A stretch of 63,611 nt of DNA, counting the filler, from Octopus bimaculoides (Eukaryota): assembly GCF_001194135.2 (NCBI RefSeq). It is 9 parts of 9 records of this genome, joined end to end, with 100 filler letters (N's around TTAATTAATTAA, not from the genome) between each part and the next. Parts side by side here need not be neighbours in the genome. Positions count along the whole stretch, not along the records: positions 13,288 to 31,328 come from NC_068981.1; positions 31,429 to 34,325 come from NC_068991.1; positions 34,426 to 43,691 come from NC_068988.1; 6 more parts are not named here. One strand, given 5' to 3'. Under the pieces are notes generated by a model. The model was not told the origin of the DNA, made no database searches, and was given only the letters and a program-made list of their open reading frames with translations. Shown here one piece after another: positions 25,431 through 39,335 of the stretch. The translations under genes and the position numbers were made by a program. The number at the start of each line of letters is the position of its first letter. The stretch's first letter is position 1.

Positions 25431-26267
25431 CGTTATGAAGGCGGTGAACTGAGCCGAACTGCATTGCGGTATTTCTTCCGTCTTTTTGCTTCCTGAGTTC
25501 AAATCCAGCTAAGGTCAGCTCTTCCTTTCACACTTTTGGGGTTGATTGAAAAAAATGCGCTCAAGTTTTTAAGTCGACGTATTCGACAACTCCCTTTTCT
25601 TAAATTTCTGATCTTGTGCCAAATCTTGGAATCAATAGTATCACTATTAAATGCGACGTTGAGCAAAACCTCCGAGCATCGTACAAAATTCTTAGCGGTA
25701 TTTGTTAGAATAATTTATGCTCTCATTTGAAATCCCGTTGAGTTCAGCTTTGTCCGTCATTATTGACTAACTCCTCCAAAAATTTGCATCAGTGTGTCTG
25801 ATTAACATTTTTATCATAAATACCATTTTGTCTTCTTGAAAGTGCTGGTATTTGTAGATATGGTTGTTCTTCTGTATTTGTTCAAAAGAACAAATTCAAA
25901 GGTTGTTCTACTTTATTAAGAGTCTGCAACGTGAAACGCATCATGTGCCTGATATTACTAAGTTCGAACATTTTAAAATGACTTAAAANNNNNNNNNNAT
26001 TGCTAACGTCGTTGTTGTTGCTACTGTTGCGGCTGCCTTATGGTTTTGTAATCATATAATTTATTCTGACCTCATTGTCAGTCTTTATATCACCGTTATT
26101 TCAAACCTGCGCTTGTGTTCTCGTGGATTAATTAAATTATCAAATTGCCAGGTGTTTCGTTTGAAAAATTCAGTCTATCTCCCAGAGTAAGACGTTGCAT
26201 TTCTGTCACTGTCCAGTTGTTTGCTTCAATACTCCGATGAACTATTCAGACATGTTCAGAGTGGCAT

Positions 26268-26612
26268 TCCGTCGGTTACGACGAGGAGTGTTCTAGTTGA
26301 TCCGATCAACGGAACAGCCTGCTCATGAAATTAGCGTGCAAGTGGCTGAGCACTCCACAGACACGTGTACATTTAACGTAGTTCTCGGGGAGATTCAGCG
26401 TGACACAGAGAGTGACAAGGCCGACCCTTCGAAATACAGGTACAACAGAAACAGAAAGAAAGAGTGAGAGAAAGTTGTGGTAAAAGAGTACAGTAGCCTT
26501 CGCCACCATCCGCTGCCGGAGCCTCGTGGAGCTTTTGGTGTTTTCGCTCAATAAACCCAAACTCCCGTGTTCTTTTACTGGGTTTAGAAAAAGTGAAGAC
26601 CGCTGCAATAAG
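26268..26612 (-). mobile_element. Dispersed retroposon family D; partial + strand copy at about 35618-35775
   Basis: Shared core cacgtgtctgtggagt.ctcagccactt.....taatttca.gag.aggctgttccgttgatcggatcaact.gaac.ctc..cgtcgtaaccgacgga.tgcca. Confidence 0.75.
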
Positions 26613-27706
26613 TATGTGAATCTGAGAATAATAAAATCTGAATTAACTGATTCTCCTATATTTTTTTTTCTTACCTAAAGCCAAGAACTTTCCAGTGCCT
26701 CCCGCCGTGGGGCTAATCATGGAATCGAGCTTTTAATGCTGGCAGTTATTTATTTCTGACCTCAAAATAACAATATATTACTTATAGAATGGACAGGACA
26801 CCATATTTCCTTATGTCGTTTAAGATAACCCAGCTTTACTCGGATTCAGTAAAGATATACAAAATCATTTATTGCAACTTGTATTAGCTTCTTTACAATA
26901 CTCTTGTAATTATTGTCGTTGTTTCATAGTTTAATTACGTGTCAGTCCCTGTCTGTGAAAGGGGCTGCAATGGTAACTTACCAATTTTCTTTCCAAACAA
27001 CAAATTAAACGTCCAACTACATTATCTAATTTGCACTTAATTTCTTAAGGCAGTACGATATGATTTCATGAAAATTTCATTGTTATTTCTTGCAGGTCGA
27101 GCCACAGTATGTAAACCGTTTCGTTGGTGCAACTCAACATAGCTTTTAGCATGGTTGTCTTCCGTCTGGCTTACGTAGTTCATTTCAGCCATAATCCGAC
27201 AATTTATGCTGGCCATTTAGCTGTAGTTGTTTAGCAATTCAAATATAACTATTTATTGTAAGCTAGTGCAGTTACTATTGGAGAAGGTAGTGTGTCGGTA
27301 AGATACTCTGCTATGTAATATCTACTTTAATATCTCACTAATACATTGAAATTCCGTTGAGGACTATATTTCCTTGAAGCTTTCGACAGTTGATTGATAA
27401 AACGAGTGCAAATATACTTCGTGTTTTTTTAGTTGTTGTTTTTTTTTTTTCACCGTCTATAGAGTTTCCTCCATGAAGTTGTTCTTTTTTTTTTTGGTTA
27501 ATCAAGAGAAATCATTATTGCTTTATAGCTATTTTTTTGGCTTTATTTTCAGGATAATTTTTTTTAAATAATTTTACAAAAGTGCTGCAAACATTCTTTT
27601 GTTAATATTTGTAGCTCTTTTCAGTTTCCGATAATTTTTTCCAATTATTTAAATTATATTTAAACCAAACTAAAACAAGAACATAAAAATGACATAACAA
27701 ATAAAT

Positions 27707-27760
<54 letters not shown>

Positions 27761-28854
27761 CTATCTATCTATCTATCTATCACTCCTCACTCTCACACAG
27801 TTTGTATCTATCTTCTTTATCTAATCACCTCTCACTCTGTTTATCTCTCTATCTTGATCTCTTTCTCTCTCTCTTTCTCTCCTTCCCTTCTTCTCTCAGC
27901 CACTCATGTTTTTAAACTCACAGTTTGCCTTATATTTTTAGTTTAATGTTATTCCACTTACTCTCTTTTTTTTTCTTCTTCTTCTTTTCTGTCTTCTCAC
28001 TTAATGAATTTCTTTTGTGGGATTGATTTTTCTTTTAGGTGCAATTAAGTTTTATTTATGTTTTTGTTTATGTCTTTACTTTCTCTAGTAATTAGCTTCG
28101 TTATTCATTTCATTATCGTTATCAACAACACCATCATCATCGTTCACCATCGCCATCATTATTGCAAAGAGACAGTTGTTTATTTAAAATAAAACTTTGA
28201 ATCAAACTGAAATAATATTTTCTTTAACAACAAGCAAGTTTCTTTGAAATGGTGAAAAGAAAAATACGAAGTTACGTTATCTGAATTAATTTTTTCACAA
28301 AAGAAAAATCTGTAAATTTCTTCAAGTCCACAATCGTAACTGGAAACTTTTTACTTCCGCATCAGACCAGATATAAGGTAATGCTTCTGATATCTTTTCC
28401 ATAAGTATTGAGCATCATAAATTTATAGCGTAATAAAATGATAACATTGGTCTGACGTCAATACTTTTCTCAAAATAATTATTGATTCAACTGATGGTAC
28501 ATAATCGAAACCTGGAACAGAAACACAGTAAATGGCTACATTTTGTTGAGAATTTACCTCCAGTTTACATCTATTATAACGCGAATTATTACATTTATTA
28601 TAACGCGAATTATTAATTTCAGAGCAGGCTGGAAGATTGATAAGATTACAAGAAATGAGATCTTATGTCACTACAAAAAATTTAATTTTTCAATACCTTA
28701 ATAAATTTGAGGTCATCAGATGTTGTCCATCGATATCATTTTTAAATCGATCCTGGATTTGATTTAATTTACTTCATTTATCTCTAATTACCGTGAAAAA
28801 TCTTAAACCACACACATCCAGTTATGATCTTGTTAATGTATGACCCTTGCATGG

Positions 28855-29063
28855 GGCGGCGCGCTAGCAGAACCTTGCGGCATTTCGTCTGTCTACGCGT
28901 TCTGAGTTCAAATTCCGCCGAGATCGACTTTGCCTTTCATCCTTTCAGGGTCGATAAATTAAGCACCAGTTACGCACTGGGGTCGATGTAATCGACTTAA
29001 TCCCTTTGTCTGTCCTTGTTTGTCCCCTCTATGTTTAGCCCCTTGTGGGCAATAAAAAAATAA
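28855..29063 (+). mobile_element. SINE family B
   Basis: ggcggcgcgctagcagaacc...gagttcaaattccgccgagatcgactttgcctttcatcctttcagggtcg. Confidence 0.85.
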
Positions 29064-29346
29064 GATAGATATACGCGCGTAAAGGCACAAAAGACGGATT
29101 TCTAAATAATTTTCGTCTTCCAAATTCATGCACACCGCATTGATTGCTTCGGGACCGTAGCAGAAGGTACCTTTGCCAGGGCGCTTCGCAGTAGGACCGA
29201 AACCGAAGCAACGGGATTTCGGTTTCCACCTTATTTTCGAAATCATTATTATCATGCTTCCTGCATATTTGTATGATTTTTTTTTCTTTCTCCCGTTGTA
29301 CACACACTGAACTGCAGAGAGAAAGAGGGAGAGGGAGAGAGAGAGA

Positions 29347-29377
<31 letters not shown>

Positions 29378-30467
29378 CTAGAGAGAGAGTTAGGGACAGA
29401 GAGAAAGGGAGAGAGAGAAACAAACAAACAAATCAAAACACATAGATTCACAGCAAGAGATGCGCCACATAGCGCTACGTGTTACCAAAATTTGGCGGGA
29501 TGGTTCAGATGTCCGACATTCCATTTGATTGCTCGATGAACTCCGGATGGATTAGAGTGCAGAATCCCATCCACCATATAGCAACAAGTGAACAGAGAAA
29601 AATGTAAGCATTATTTAATGCTTCATTTAGTGTACGCATCCTTCTGTAAGCCATTATCCGTTATGATGTAAGCCGATTAGTCTAATTAAACAATACAATA
29701 CACCCGATTCACTACTTCAGTATTACATAAATCCGTGCTCGAAAAGCACGTACTGGTATCAATGTAAACGTCTATCTCCAAGAACACGGTGATTAGGGAA
29801 TCCATCTCAATGGCTGAAACCAGTAAAATAATATCTGTCGCTTAATTATTTAATTCCTCTCCACGCGTGTGTATGTATTTGATAATCAAACGGAAGAAAA
29901 TACGTTGAATACATAGGCTGTTGCTTTTATATTCGTTCGAAGCTTACGACAAGTTTCCACATTCCTCCGAGTTTCTTGATAGAACGCAGAAGGCACATAT
30001 TAACCATTCAATACACACAGAGACTGTTAATTTCACTTAAGCATAGTTTGGTGTCAAAATTTTCTTTGCAACATTTTCTACTGGCAAGGTTTCACTGCAT
30101 CTGGTTGGGGGGCGGGGGGTGTTTGAGGATGTTGTCAGAATCCGTGTTTCTGGATAATAAACATATTTTTATATATGTAGGTCAATCGTTCTGGTTGTCA
30201 TTGCTTGGTGTTAGTATTGGTTTGCTAACACGGTATTTGGTTGTAATTCACAAGTCTTCTTTTTACTATTTCTTTGCTGTTATATAGAAATGACCTAAAT
30301 GAAGAGGATCTATCAGTCCATGACTACAAATTGACAAGAACTCTATGAGGAGCAGGGGGCAAGTAGCAGTAGAAGTAGTAGCAGTAGAAGTAATAACAGT
30401 AGTAGAGAAGGAGTTGGGTAATAGCGAATGAGGCAGAACTAATATGTGCTCGCGCGCGCGTGCATGT

Positions 30468-30728
30468 GTGAAGGCACTTGGTTTAGTGGTGAGGTTGTTG
30501 CACTCACATCCTCGAGATCGTGGTTCGACTCCCAATCAGGCTGTGCGTACTTTCGTGAGCAGAAGACTTCATTTCATGTTGCCCTAGTGTACTCAGCTGC
30601 AAATGGGTAACCCAGTGACAGACTGGCATTCCATTCAATAATTATGTTGACCTGCGCGCCCGAGCCAAATCTAAAACAATGCGAAGCACATTGTGACCAG
30701 CAAAGTATAATAACATCCGATAGCCTGG

Positions 30729-30810
<82 letters not shown>

Positions 30811-31120
30811 TCACACACATGCACACACAAACACATACACACACACATACATGCACACATATGTAATCGTGGGTCTGATTCTCAGACCGGGCATTGCGTC
30901 GTGTTCTTGAGCAAAGCACTTCATTTCACGTTGTTCTGCGATCATTTCGTTATCCGACATGTAGCACAAGATGCACCTGCACAGATAATGTCGATGTAAT
31001 GGAGGGAGTGAGCTTATGTGTACACAAACATTTGATCACCATAAACAAATTATCTGTGCAGTTGTTCGGCAATTTCTTGCCAAACCCTCATACGTTGTCT
31101 AACGACGGGAGAGTCCATGA
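30468..31120 (+). mobile_element. SINE family C-related copies split by (CA)n
   Basis: tggtttagtggtgagg...gtggttcgactcc head; gtgttcttgagcaaagcacttcatttcacgttg body; tail gacgggagagtccatgatgatg. Confidence 0.6.
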
Positions 31121-31848
31121 TGATGATGATGAGGATGATGATATATATATATATATGTGTGCGTGTACGTGCGCGCGCGCACGTGTGTGTTTGTGTGTTT
31201 GTGTATGTTCCCCTACCATTGCTTGACAACCGATGCTGGTGTGTTTATATCCCCGTAACTTAGCGGTTCGGTAAAAGTAACCGATAGAATATGTACTAGG
31301 CTTACACGCATATATATATATATATATANNNNNNNNNNNNNNNNNNNNNNNNNNNNNNNNNNNNNNNNNNNNTTAATTAATTAANNNNNNNNNNNNNNNN
31401 NNNNNNNNNNNNNNNNNNNNNNNNNNNNCATTTTAAAATTGTATTCTAAAGCAGATTTGACAACTGTTCGTTTATTCGTTTCATATATCTGATCTTAAAG
31501 CAATTCTGAAAATTAGATATTGTATGTCAATTTAGAAAATTGACTGATTGAAAAAAAGAGAAATTGTTGTTCAAAATCCCATGGAGTTAAAAAAAATGTA
31601 CAATTGCATTTTGATGAACGATATAAAATGAAGGAATGTAGGAATAGAGGAATGATGGTATAATGGGGTACAGGCTTCCAGCAAGAAGAAAATGACATGA
31701 AATTAAAGTATAATGTATCCATTACTATGCATATAGATGCGAGCGTGTGTGCGTGTGTGTGTATGTATATATATATATATGTGTGTGTGTGCGTGTGCGT
31801 ATGTCTATGTGTGTGTGTATATGATGCATAAATGTATGTGCATATATG

Positions 31849-31910
<62 letters not shown>

Positions 31911-32009
31911 CGTGTGTGTATGCGTATCAAGAACACCTTGAATTATTGACGAACAGTCAACGGCGTTAGAGAACACAGTTTGCTGACATGCAGGATCGTA
32001 AGCCATCTG

Positions 32010-32416
32010 AGTATTCTTTTCTCCTCTAGGCACAAGGCCCTAAATTTTGGGTGAGGGGGCCAGTCAATTAGATCGACCTCAGTACGGAACTGGTACTTAA
32101 TTTATCGACCCCGAAAAGATGAAAGGTAAAGTCAGTAGTTAAACATGTATAGCACTACAAAATCATATGTTTATGAAGTGTTTCCAGAAAAAAATACTAT
32201 ATTCTTTTCTACGCTAGGCACAAGGCCCGAAATTTTATGGGAGGGGACCAGTCGATTAGATCGACTCCACTATGCAACTGGTACTTAATTTATCGACTCC
32301 GAAAGGATGAAAGGCAAAGTCGATCTCGGCGGAATTTGAAATCAGAACGTAAAGAAAGACAAAATACGCTAAGCATTTCGCCCGGCGTGCTAACGATTCT
32401 GCCAGCTCACCGCCTT
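32010..32416 (-). mobile_element. Two SINE family B copies (32010-32135 truncated, 32205-32416)
   Basis: aggcacaaggccc.aaattt tails and the cgaaaggatgaaaggcaaagtcgatctcggcggaatttgaa core. Confidence 0.82.
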
Positions 32417-32449
32417 TAAAAAATACTATATTGCTACCTCCAAGGAGGC

Positions 32450-33070
32450 ACAAATAATGAGTGGTGTTTCTCCAAAGGGAAAGTGTTCAGGACTCTTGTC
32501 ACAACCTTTTTCTTCTTTAGCTTGGGAAACGATCAAAAACACAGGGAGCAAGGACAGGAGTGTTCTGGATTGTAAAGAGAGCGAGGTACAATTTTGATGC
32601 CCGTCTTTATCAATGGTTGACTACCAGAATAGAATTGTGGACTGGTGCATTGTCCTGATATTAGTACTCTAGCCTTTCGCGACGAAGTCTCTACTTGAAC
32701 TCCACCAAAACCTCCACAAAGCATTCTTTGATGACCCACTAGGCAGAGGGAAACCAGCGGATGTAGCGGATGACGTTGCTGTTGAAAAAGGTGACAACCA
32801 TAAGCTTCTTAGTGGACTTGCAATGCCTAGCCTCTTGTGTCAGGAAAAATCCGAAGCTCGGCTTATATAACTTAATCCATTACCAGTCTGGAGCATTGAG
32901 TAAGTTTCTGTAGCGTTTTCACCCAGTTTAACACAATACTTTATTGCATAGTGAGCTTCTAACTTGTCTTCATGCCTCGACTGCAAACTAATCTGCAAAC
33001 TAGTCATCTCCAAGTGGCAGTGTTTAGTAGGATGTGAACGAAGTACTGTTACAGCTGTCTCATTCAATCT
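32450..33070 (-). pseudogene. Internally deleted, degenerate mariner transposase
   Basis: HYAIKYCVKLGENATETYSMLQT...SRASDFS (mariner N-terminal HTH: AIKFCVKLGKSATET), KLMVVTFF, and GIKIVPRSLYNPE (PHPPYSPDLAP-like). Confidence 0.75.
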
Positions 33071-33277
33071 GGAGAAAAACCAAAGGTTGGCAGTTCAGCT
33101 TTATTAGATATATAGTAATGCTATACTAAACTTGTAATAAACTAGGACGGTTATAACCGCTTCTGCTCACGTACCTGCTTTGCTGTTGAGTGTATTGCTT
33201 GATTTGAAGTTCTAACGTTGCTAGAATGGACACAAGACATACGTGCCTATATGTGCAATATATATATATATGTGTAT

Positions 33278-33441
33278 AGGCGTAGGAGTGGCTGTGTGGT
33301 AAGTAGCTTGCTTACCAACCACATGGTTCCGGGTTCAGTCCCACTGCGTGGCACCTTGGGCAAGTGCCTTCTACTATAACCTCGGGCCGACTAAAGCCTT
33401 GTGAGTGGATTTGGTAGACGGAAACTGAAAGAAGCCCGTCG

Positions 33442-33499
<58 letters not shown>

Positions 33500-33730
33500 T
33501 GTGTATGTTGTATGTCTGTATTTGTCCCCAACATCGCTTGACAACCAATGCTGGTGTGTTTACGTCCCCATAACTTAGCGGTTCGGCAAAAGATCTCGAT
33601 AGAATAAGTACTAGGCTTAGAAAGAATAAGTCCTGGGGTCGATTTTCTCGACTAAAAGGCGGTGCTCCAGCATGACCACAGACAAAATGACTGAAACAAG
33701 TAAAAGAGTAAAAGAGTAAAAGAGTAAGAG
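33278..33730 (+). mobile_element. SINE family A, full-length young copy
   Basis: Intact head, internal (TA)n, CpGs retained, tail of (AAAAGAGT)n. Confidence 0.9.
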
Positions 33731-33830
33731 TATATAAAACATTACTAATGAGAGAAAAGGACATGGTCTTCAATTTGGTGGTAGTATGCAAAGTATTAAT
33801 ACTATATTGTTAATATATGCTATAGGCATG

Positions 33831-34085
33831 ATGACAAGCTGGCAGAGTCGTCAGCACGCCAGGAAACGTGCTTAGCAACATTTCGTCTGTTTTTATGTTC
33901 TGAGTTCAAATTGCGCCTATGTCGACTTTACCTTTCAACCTTTCATCCTTTCGGGGTCGATAAAATAAGTACCACTTGAGCACTGGGGTCGATAAAATAA
34001 GTTCCACTTGAGCACTGGGGTCAATGTAATCGACCTACTCCTGCCCCAAAATTGCAGGCTTTGTGCCAAAATTTGAAATCAATAT
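33831..34085 (+). mobile_element. SINE family B with an internal ~32-bp duplication
   Basis: ggggtcgataaaataagt.ccacttgagcact occurs twice at about 33953-34020. Confidence 0.8.
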
Positions 34086-36169
34086 ATGCTTTTGGTAATA
34101 TACAATAGAACCACGGATAGTCTTTAGCGATATACGAAAAGTTCTTATATGTAATAACGTGAATATTCCCGTTATTTTATATTATGTTTTATTCCATTTC
34201 TTTGGAAGATTGGAAAACATTCTGAACCTATAAACCTATAAATTAAAGAATACTTCCTCCGTTTCTTCTAACTGGTCTTAATATCATTAGCAAGATATAT
34301 ATATATATATACATATATATATATGNNNNNNNNNNNNNNNNNNNNNNNNNNNNNNNNNNNNNNNNNNNNTTAATTAATTAANNNNNNNNNNNNNNNNNNN
34401 NNNNNNNNNNNNNNNNNNNNNNNNNCAACCAGAGTTGATGTATTTACGTTCCCGTAACTTAGCGGATCTGCAAAAGTGACGGCTAGAATATGTACCAGGT
34501 TTAAGAAAAAGAAAAAAAAAGTTCTGGGGACGATTCATTCGACTAAAAGTTCTTCAAGGCGATGCCCCAGCATGGCCGCAGTCTAATGAATGAAACAGGT
34601 AAAAGATACAAGATAAACGATATTATGATGGAGGCGAATTAGCATGAAGCATTAGCATATTTTAAAGAAATTTTGGAATGTAGTCGACACTATTGATATG
34701 TTGTATTGCTCCCATCGTCTAATCTATTTGGCATCCTTGTATTTGTTGTTGCTGTTGTTGTTTTACCCCACGTATACTAAGTTGTCGTTAAAGCCCCAGG
34801 CCAGACATTTAACCGAACAGCCAGATGCGTCCAAGAGAGAACCGCAAGATCTAGAACAGCAGACCAATGAGTCTTGTAGCCGAATGTCTCTGTGCTACAC
34901 AGGTCTGCTTGACCAGAGCTGGCCTGGGAGTACAATGGCTTAGGCTATGGAATAGAATTATCATTAAGTAATTCGTTTTCATTGATTATCTGTTCATTTT
35001 CACCTGTCTTTTGTTTGTTTCTTTTTTCAAAATATATATATGAATTCTCCTTAAATTAATTTATTCGTATATTCTTTTTTAATTTCAGGTGTTGAAAATC
35101 CTGTTTCAGATACAGGCAAAGATATGTACTGGTATTAACAGAAAGTGACAAAACAAAGTATAATAGACATAAATATATAAATATAAATATATGATAATCC
35201 AAATTTACCAAAGAAAAAAGAAAAAAATTCCTCGAAAGTATTAAATGAAAATTCTGAATGCATCTCTTCGAGCCAACAAACTTTATTCAGAGAAAACTGA
35301 AACCAAATAATTCTTGAAAGAATTTTTCACAAGGGCATCAATGAATTTCATATTTTCTTATGAACAAAACAAAACAAAGACTAATAAATAAAGACAAAAC
35401 ATAAATGACATTTGTTGGTTCCTTCCGGAAAGAAACACGAATGGAACTAAAGAAGGTGATAGCTCAGGTTTATAGTTATTAATGTGAAGTGGATTCCCAT
35501 ATTGTTTTCTGTAATAGAAGAATAAGAAAAAGCTACCTGCTGACAAGAAAAGTCTATCGGCACTCGTTGAAAAATATTCCTTGCTATACTTCTAAATGCT
35601 TGTATCTGTGTTTCAATGGGCTTTCTCACACTTTGTGTCGCGCTGAATCTCTCTGAGAAATATGTACACGTGTCTGTGGAGTTCTCAGCCACTTACTTGT
35701 TAATTTCACGAGTAGGCTGTTCCGTTGATCGGATCAACTGGAACCCTCGTCGTCGTAACCGACGGAGTGCCACGACATACCTCTGTGTGTGTGTGTGCCT
35801 TTGCTTCTATGCTTGTACTGTTGGTTTGTTGACGTCCCTGTAACTTAGCAATTCGGCAAAAGGAGATCAGATAGAATAAATACCAGGATTAAAAATAATA
35901 AGTACTGGCTTCGATTCATTCGACTAACAATTCTTGAAGGTGGTGCCCCAGCTTGGTCGCTGTCTAATGAGTGAAACGAGTAAAAGATAAAAAGTAAAAG
36001 TAAGATATTTACAAAGAAAAAAGAATGTATGTTCTGAATGTATGGAAGATAAAATGTTCCTTTCTTATATCTTCGGAGAATACCCCTGCAATGTCCCCGA
36101 TTGACATCAGTTTAATATTTATCTTCCCCGTCAGATACCATATTTCTCACTTATAAGGGAGAAATATTT

Positions 36170-36249
36170 ATTTGTGGCTGTGTCGTTCCGGGTTCAGTCC
36201 CACTGCATGGCACCTTAGGCCAGTGTCGAAAACTGAAAGAAGCCTGTCG

Positions 36250-36292
<43 letters not shown>

Positions 36293-36550
36293 TTGTGTGT
36301 CTGTGTTTGTCCCCCACTCCCATCATCGCTTGACAACCGATATTGGTGTGTTTACGTCCCCGTAACTTAGCGGTTCGGTAAAAGTGACCGATAGGATAAG
36401 TACTAGGCTCGCAAAGAATAAGTCCTGGGGTCGATTTGCTCGACTAAAAGGCGGTGCCCCAGCATGGCCACAGCCAAATGATTGAAGCAAATAAAAGAAT
36501 AACAGAATAAAAGAATAACAGAATAAAAGAATAACAGAATAAAAGAATAA
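36170..36550 (+). mobile_element. SINE family A with deletions and an expanded (AATAAAAGAATAACAG)n tail
   Basis: ccgggttcagtcccactgcatggcacc head remnant; tail repeats at 36490-36550. Confidence 0.82.
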
Positions 36551-37318
36551 ATTCGTATCTTCAAAACGAACCTCTAGCAATACGTGATCGCATGTTCGCT
36601 AGAAAGAGAAAGAAGAAAAAGATCTCTTTCTTTTTAAAACAAAGCGAATAGGAATGAAATCTTGAACATGAAGCTACGCCTTTATTATAAATTGGTTCTT
36701 TGTAGACTGAAGTTCGTTGGAAATTTCTCAAAACTTTCCAACTTATTTTATTCGTCCAACTTAATCATACAGAACGTAATGAATGTTGCCACCTCTCTAG
36801 AAAACATTTATTTATTCACTCATCAAATCACTTCACTCGGTGTTACTTATTTTTTACCTCGTTCATATTTTATCTATTTATTTATTTAATACTCTTGCAA
36901 TGACTTTATTTATTTATTTTGTAATAATACTCGTTTAACGTACCAATTTAAACTAAAAACAAGAACCAGGTATATTTGTGCAAGAATGTGTCTATTTATA
37001 TATAAGGATTTTAATTAGAATTCGGCAATTATTTTGGCAAGTTCCTGAGATTTACGATAACTACGTCGGTTGTAAAAAAGCTATAAACATCCATCAGAAG
37101 AAAGAAAAAGACAAAAAAAGCATCTTATTTATAGAAAACAATCAGCTTTTTTCATTCTCTTGCTACCTTACCTCTGCATTGTATTTAAACAAAGAGCAGG
37201 TTTTTTTTTTCCAGAATTCGAAACTGTGCGGTAAGATTAATAGCTTCACGACCAATTGAAACAATTTAATTTCGGATGTTAATTATATTTTATCGATAAT
37301 AGGAAAATCTTGAATAGC

Positions 37319-37357
<39 letters not shown>

Positions 37358-37470
37358 GCTGTGAAACAGAATTGATTGCAGCTGCAAAGAAAATAAACAC
37401 TGTTTGTTGTACATACATATCGATACATCAGTTTTACTCTTTTGTGGAGTTTCATCGAAGCAAATATCTA

Positions 37471-37533
<63 letters not shown>

Positions 37534-37868
37534 ACCAATATATATATATATATATATATATANNNNNNNNNNNNNNNNNNNNNNNNNNNNNNNNNNNNNN
37601 NNNNNNNNNNNNNNNNNNNNNNNNNNNNNNNNNNNNNNNNNNNNNNNNNNNNNNNNNNNNNNNNNNNNNNNNNNNNNNNNNNNNNNNNNNNNNNNNNNNN
37701 NNNNNNNNNNNNNNNNNNNNNNNNNNNNNNNNNNNNNNNNNNNNNNNNNNNNNNNNNNNNNNNNNNNNNNNNNNNNNNNNNNNNNNNNNNNNNNNNNNNN
37801 NNNNNNNNNNNNNNNNNNNNNNNNNNNNNNNNNNNNNNNNNNNNNNNNNNNNNTATTATATAAAAGCC

Positions 37869-38082
37869 TCATTCGTGGGTTAACAAGGCTACCAACGGTT
37901 TCATGTAAAGAGGAATCTCTGAACAATTTATCAAGCCGGCCACATGGGAACGTTGGGACTCGTCTCCATATTCTCATCTCAAATGGAGACGAGAACCAAA
38001 GTTCCCATATAGCTGGGTTGATAACTGTCCAGAGATTCCACTTTTCATGAAACCATTGGTAGCCTTGTTAACCCACGAATGA
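37869..38082. repeat. Foldback inverted repeat (arms about 101 bp, loop about 13 nt)
   Basis: 37869-37969 versus the reverse complement of 37983-38082: outer 27 bp perfect, about 12 mismatches and 1 indel overall (by-eye alignment). Confidence 0.92.
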
Positions 38083-38929
38083 AGAATATTTATCCAACAC
38101 ACACACAGATATACATATATACTACACAACATCTATAGAATATGTTATATTCTTAAAGAAGGATGTGACATTATTTCATTAGGGCCCAATTTATACCTGA
38201 ATCGTTTAAAGTATTTTTGTTATTCAGAATTTTCTTTCTCAGGCAACAATATGCGCGTGGATTTTTTTCTTTATTTCTGTGAACAAATCTACAGAAAAAC
38301 AGCGGAGACAAATGATATGGGATTACTTCTGTAAAGCGACTTATTCATTGATCTGACATATCAAGTACTTCAGGAGGAAAATATCAACTGTGTTTGTATT
38401 CGAGATTTTGACTCAAAAATGTATTTCTTAGTATCTAATTAACAACAATACATACCTATTATATGTTTGTAAATATTGACCTTGAATTTTAACACACACA
38501 CATACACACACACGCATATATACATATAGATAATACACACCCACACACATATGAAAACAAAACAGCTATCAATGAAATTGTATATATTAAATATCTGAAG
38601 TATATTCTTGTCTGTGTTATTTTTTATACTTTTATTTTGTTTTTATGCTGTTGTAATCTTAATTTCTTCTTTACGTCTAATTAAACCAGACCGTAATTAA
38701 TATGCCGAGCTTGTTGGGTGACTATATGAAAGGGAGTTAACAAAAATTGATAGGGAAGACAATCGCTAACCTTTCACAACGAAGTGTCAGTTGCTTCCGG
38801 TTTGGTAGTCTATCGGTTTCCATACGGTGTCATGGCGTACCTTCAGTTATTCCAGAACATTCAGCAATCTTGTTGTCTTGACTGAGAAGGTATGAAGCCT
38901 AGCATTTGTGTGGGAAATAAAGTGTTGGG

Positions 38930-39335
38930 GTGGGCGAGATGGCAGAATCGTTTGCGTGGTGAACAAAATGCTTAGCGGCATTTCGGCCGTCTTTACGCTC
39001 TGTGTGCAAATCCAGCTGAGGTCGGCTTTGCCTTTCATCCTTTCGGGGTCCATGATATAAAAACCAGTTGAGTTCTGGGGGGTGCGATTTAATCAACTTA
39101 TCCTCTACCTCAAAACTTGTAGGCACCGTGCCAAAATTTGATACCAATATTTCTGTGGAAAGGCCCAGCCAGAAGCGTCTATACGCTCTGAGTTCAAATT
39201 CCGCCGACGTCGACTTTGCCCTTCATCCTTTCGAGGGCTGATAAATTAAGTACCAGTTGTGTACTGGGGTCGATATAATCGACTCACACCCTTTCCTTAT
39301 CTTGCTGGTTTTGTGCCAAAATTTGAAATCAATAT
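38930..39335 (+). mobile_element. Two SINE family B copies (38930-39148 and 39180-39335)
   Basis: tggcagaatcgtttgcgtgg...atgcttagcggc; gagttcaaattccgccgacgtcgactttgccc. Confidence 0.8.

Noticed and set aside
26669-26715. Strong minus-strand donor (AG|gtaag) with a GC-rich upstream segment
   Set aside because: No convincing acceptor or reading frame; insufficient support.
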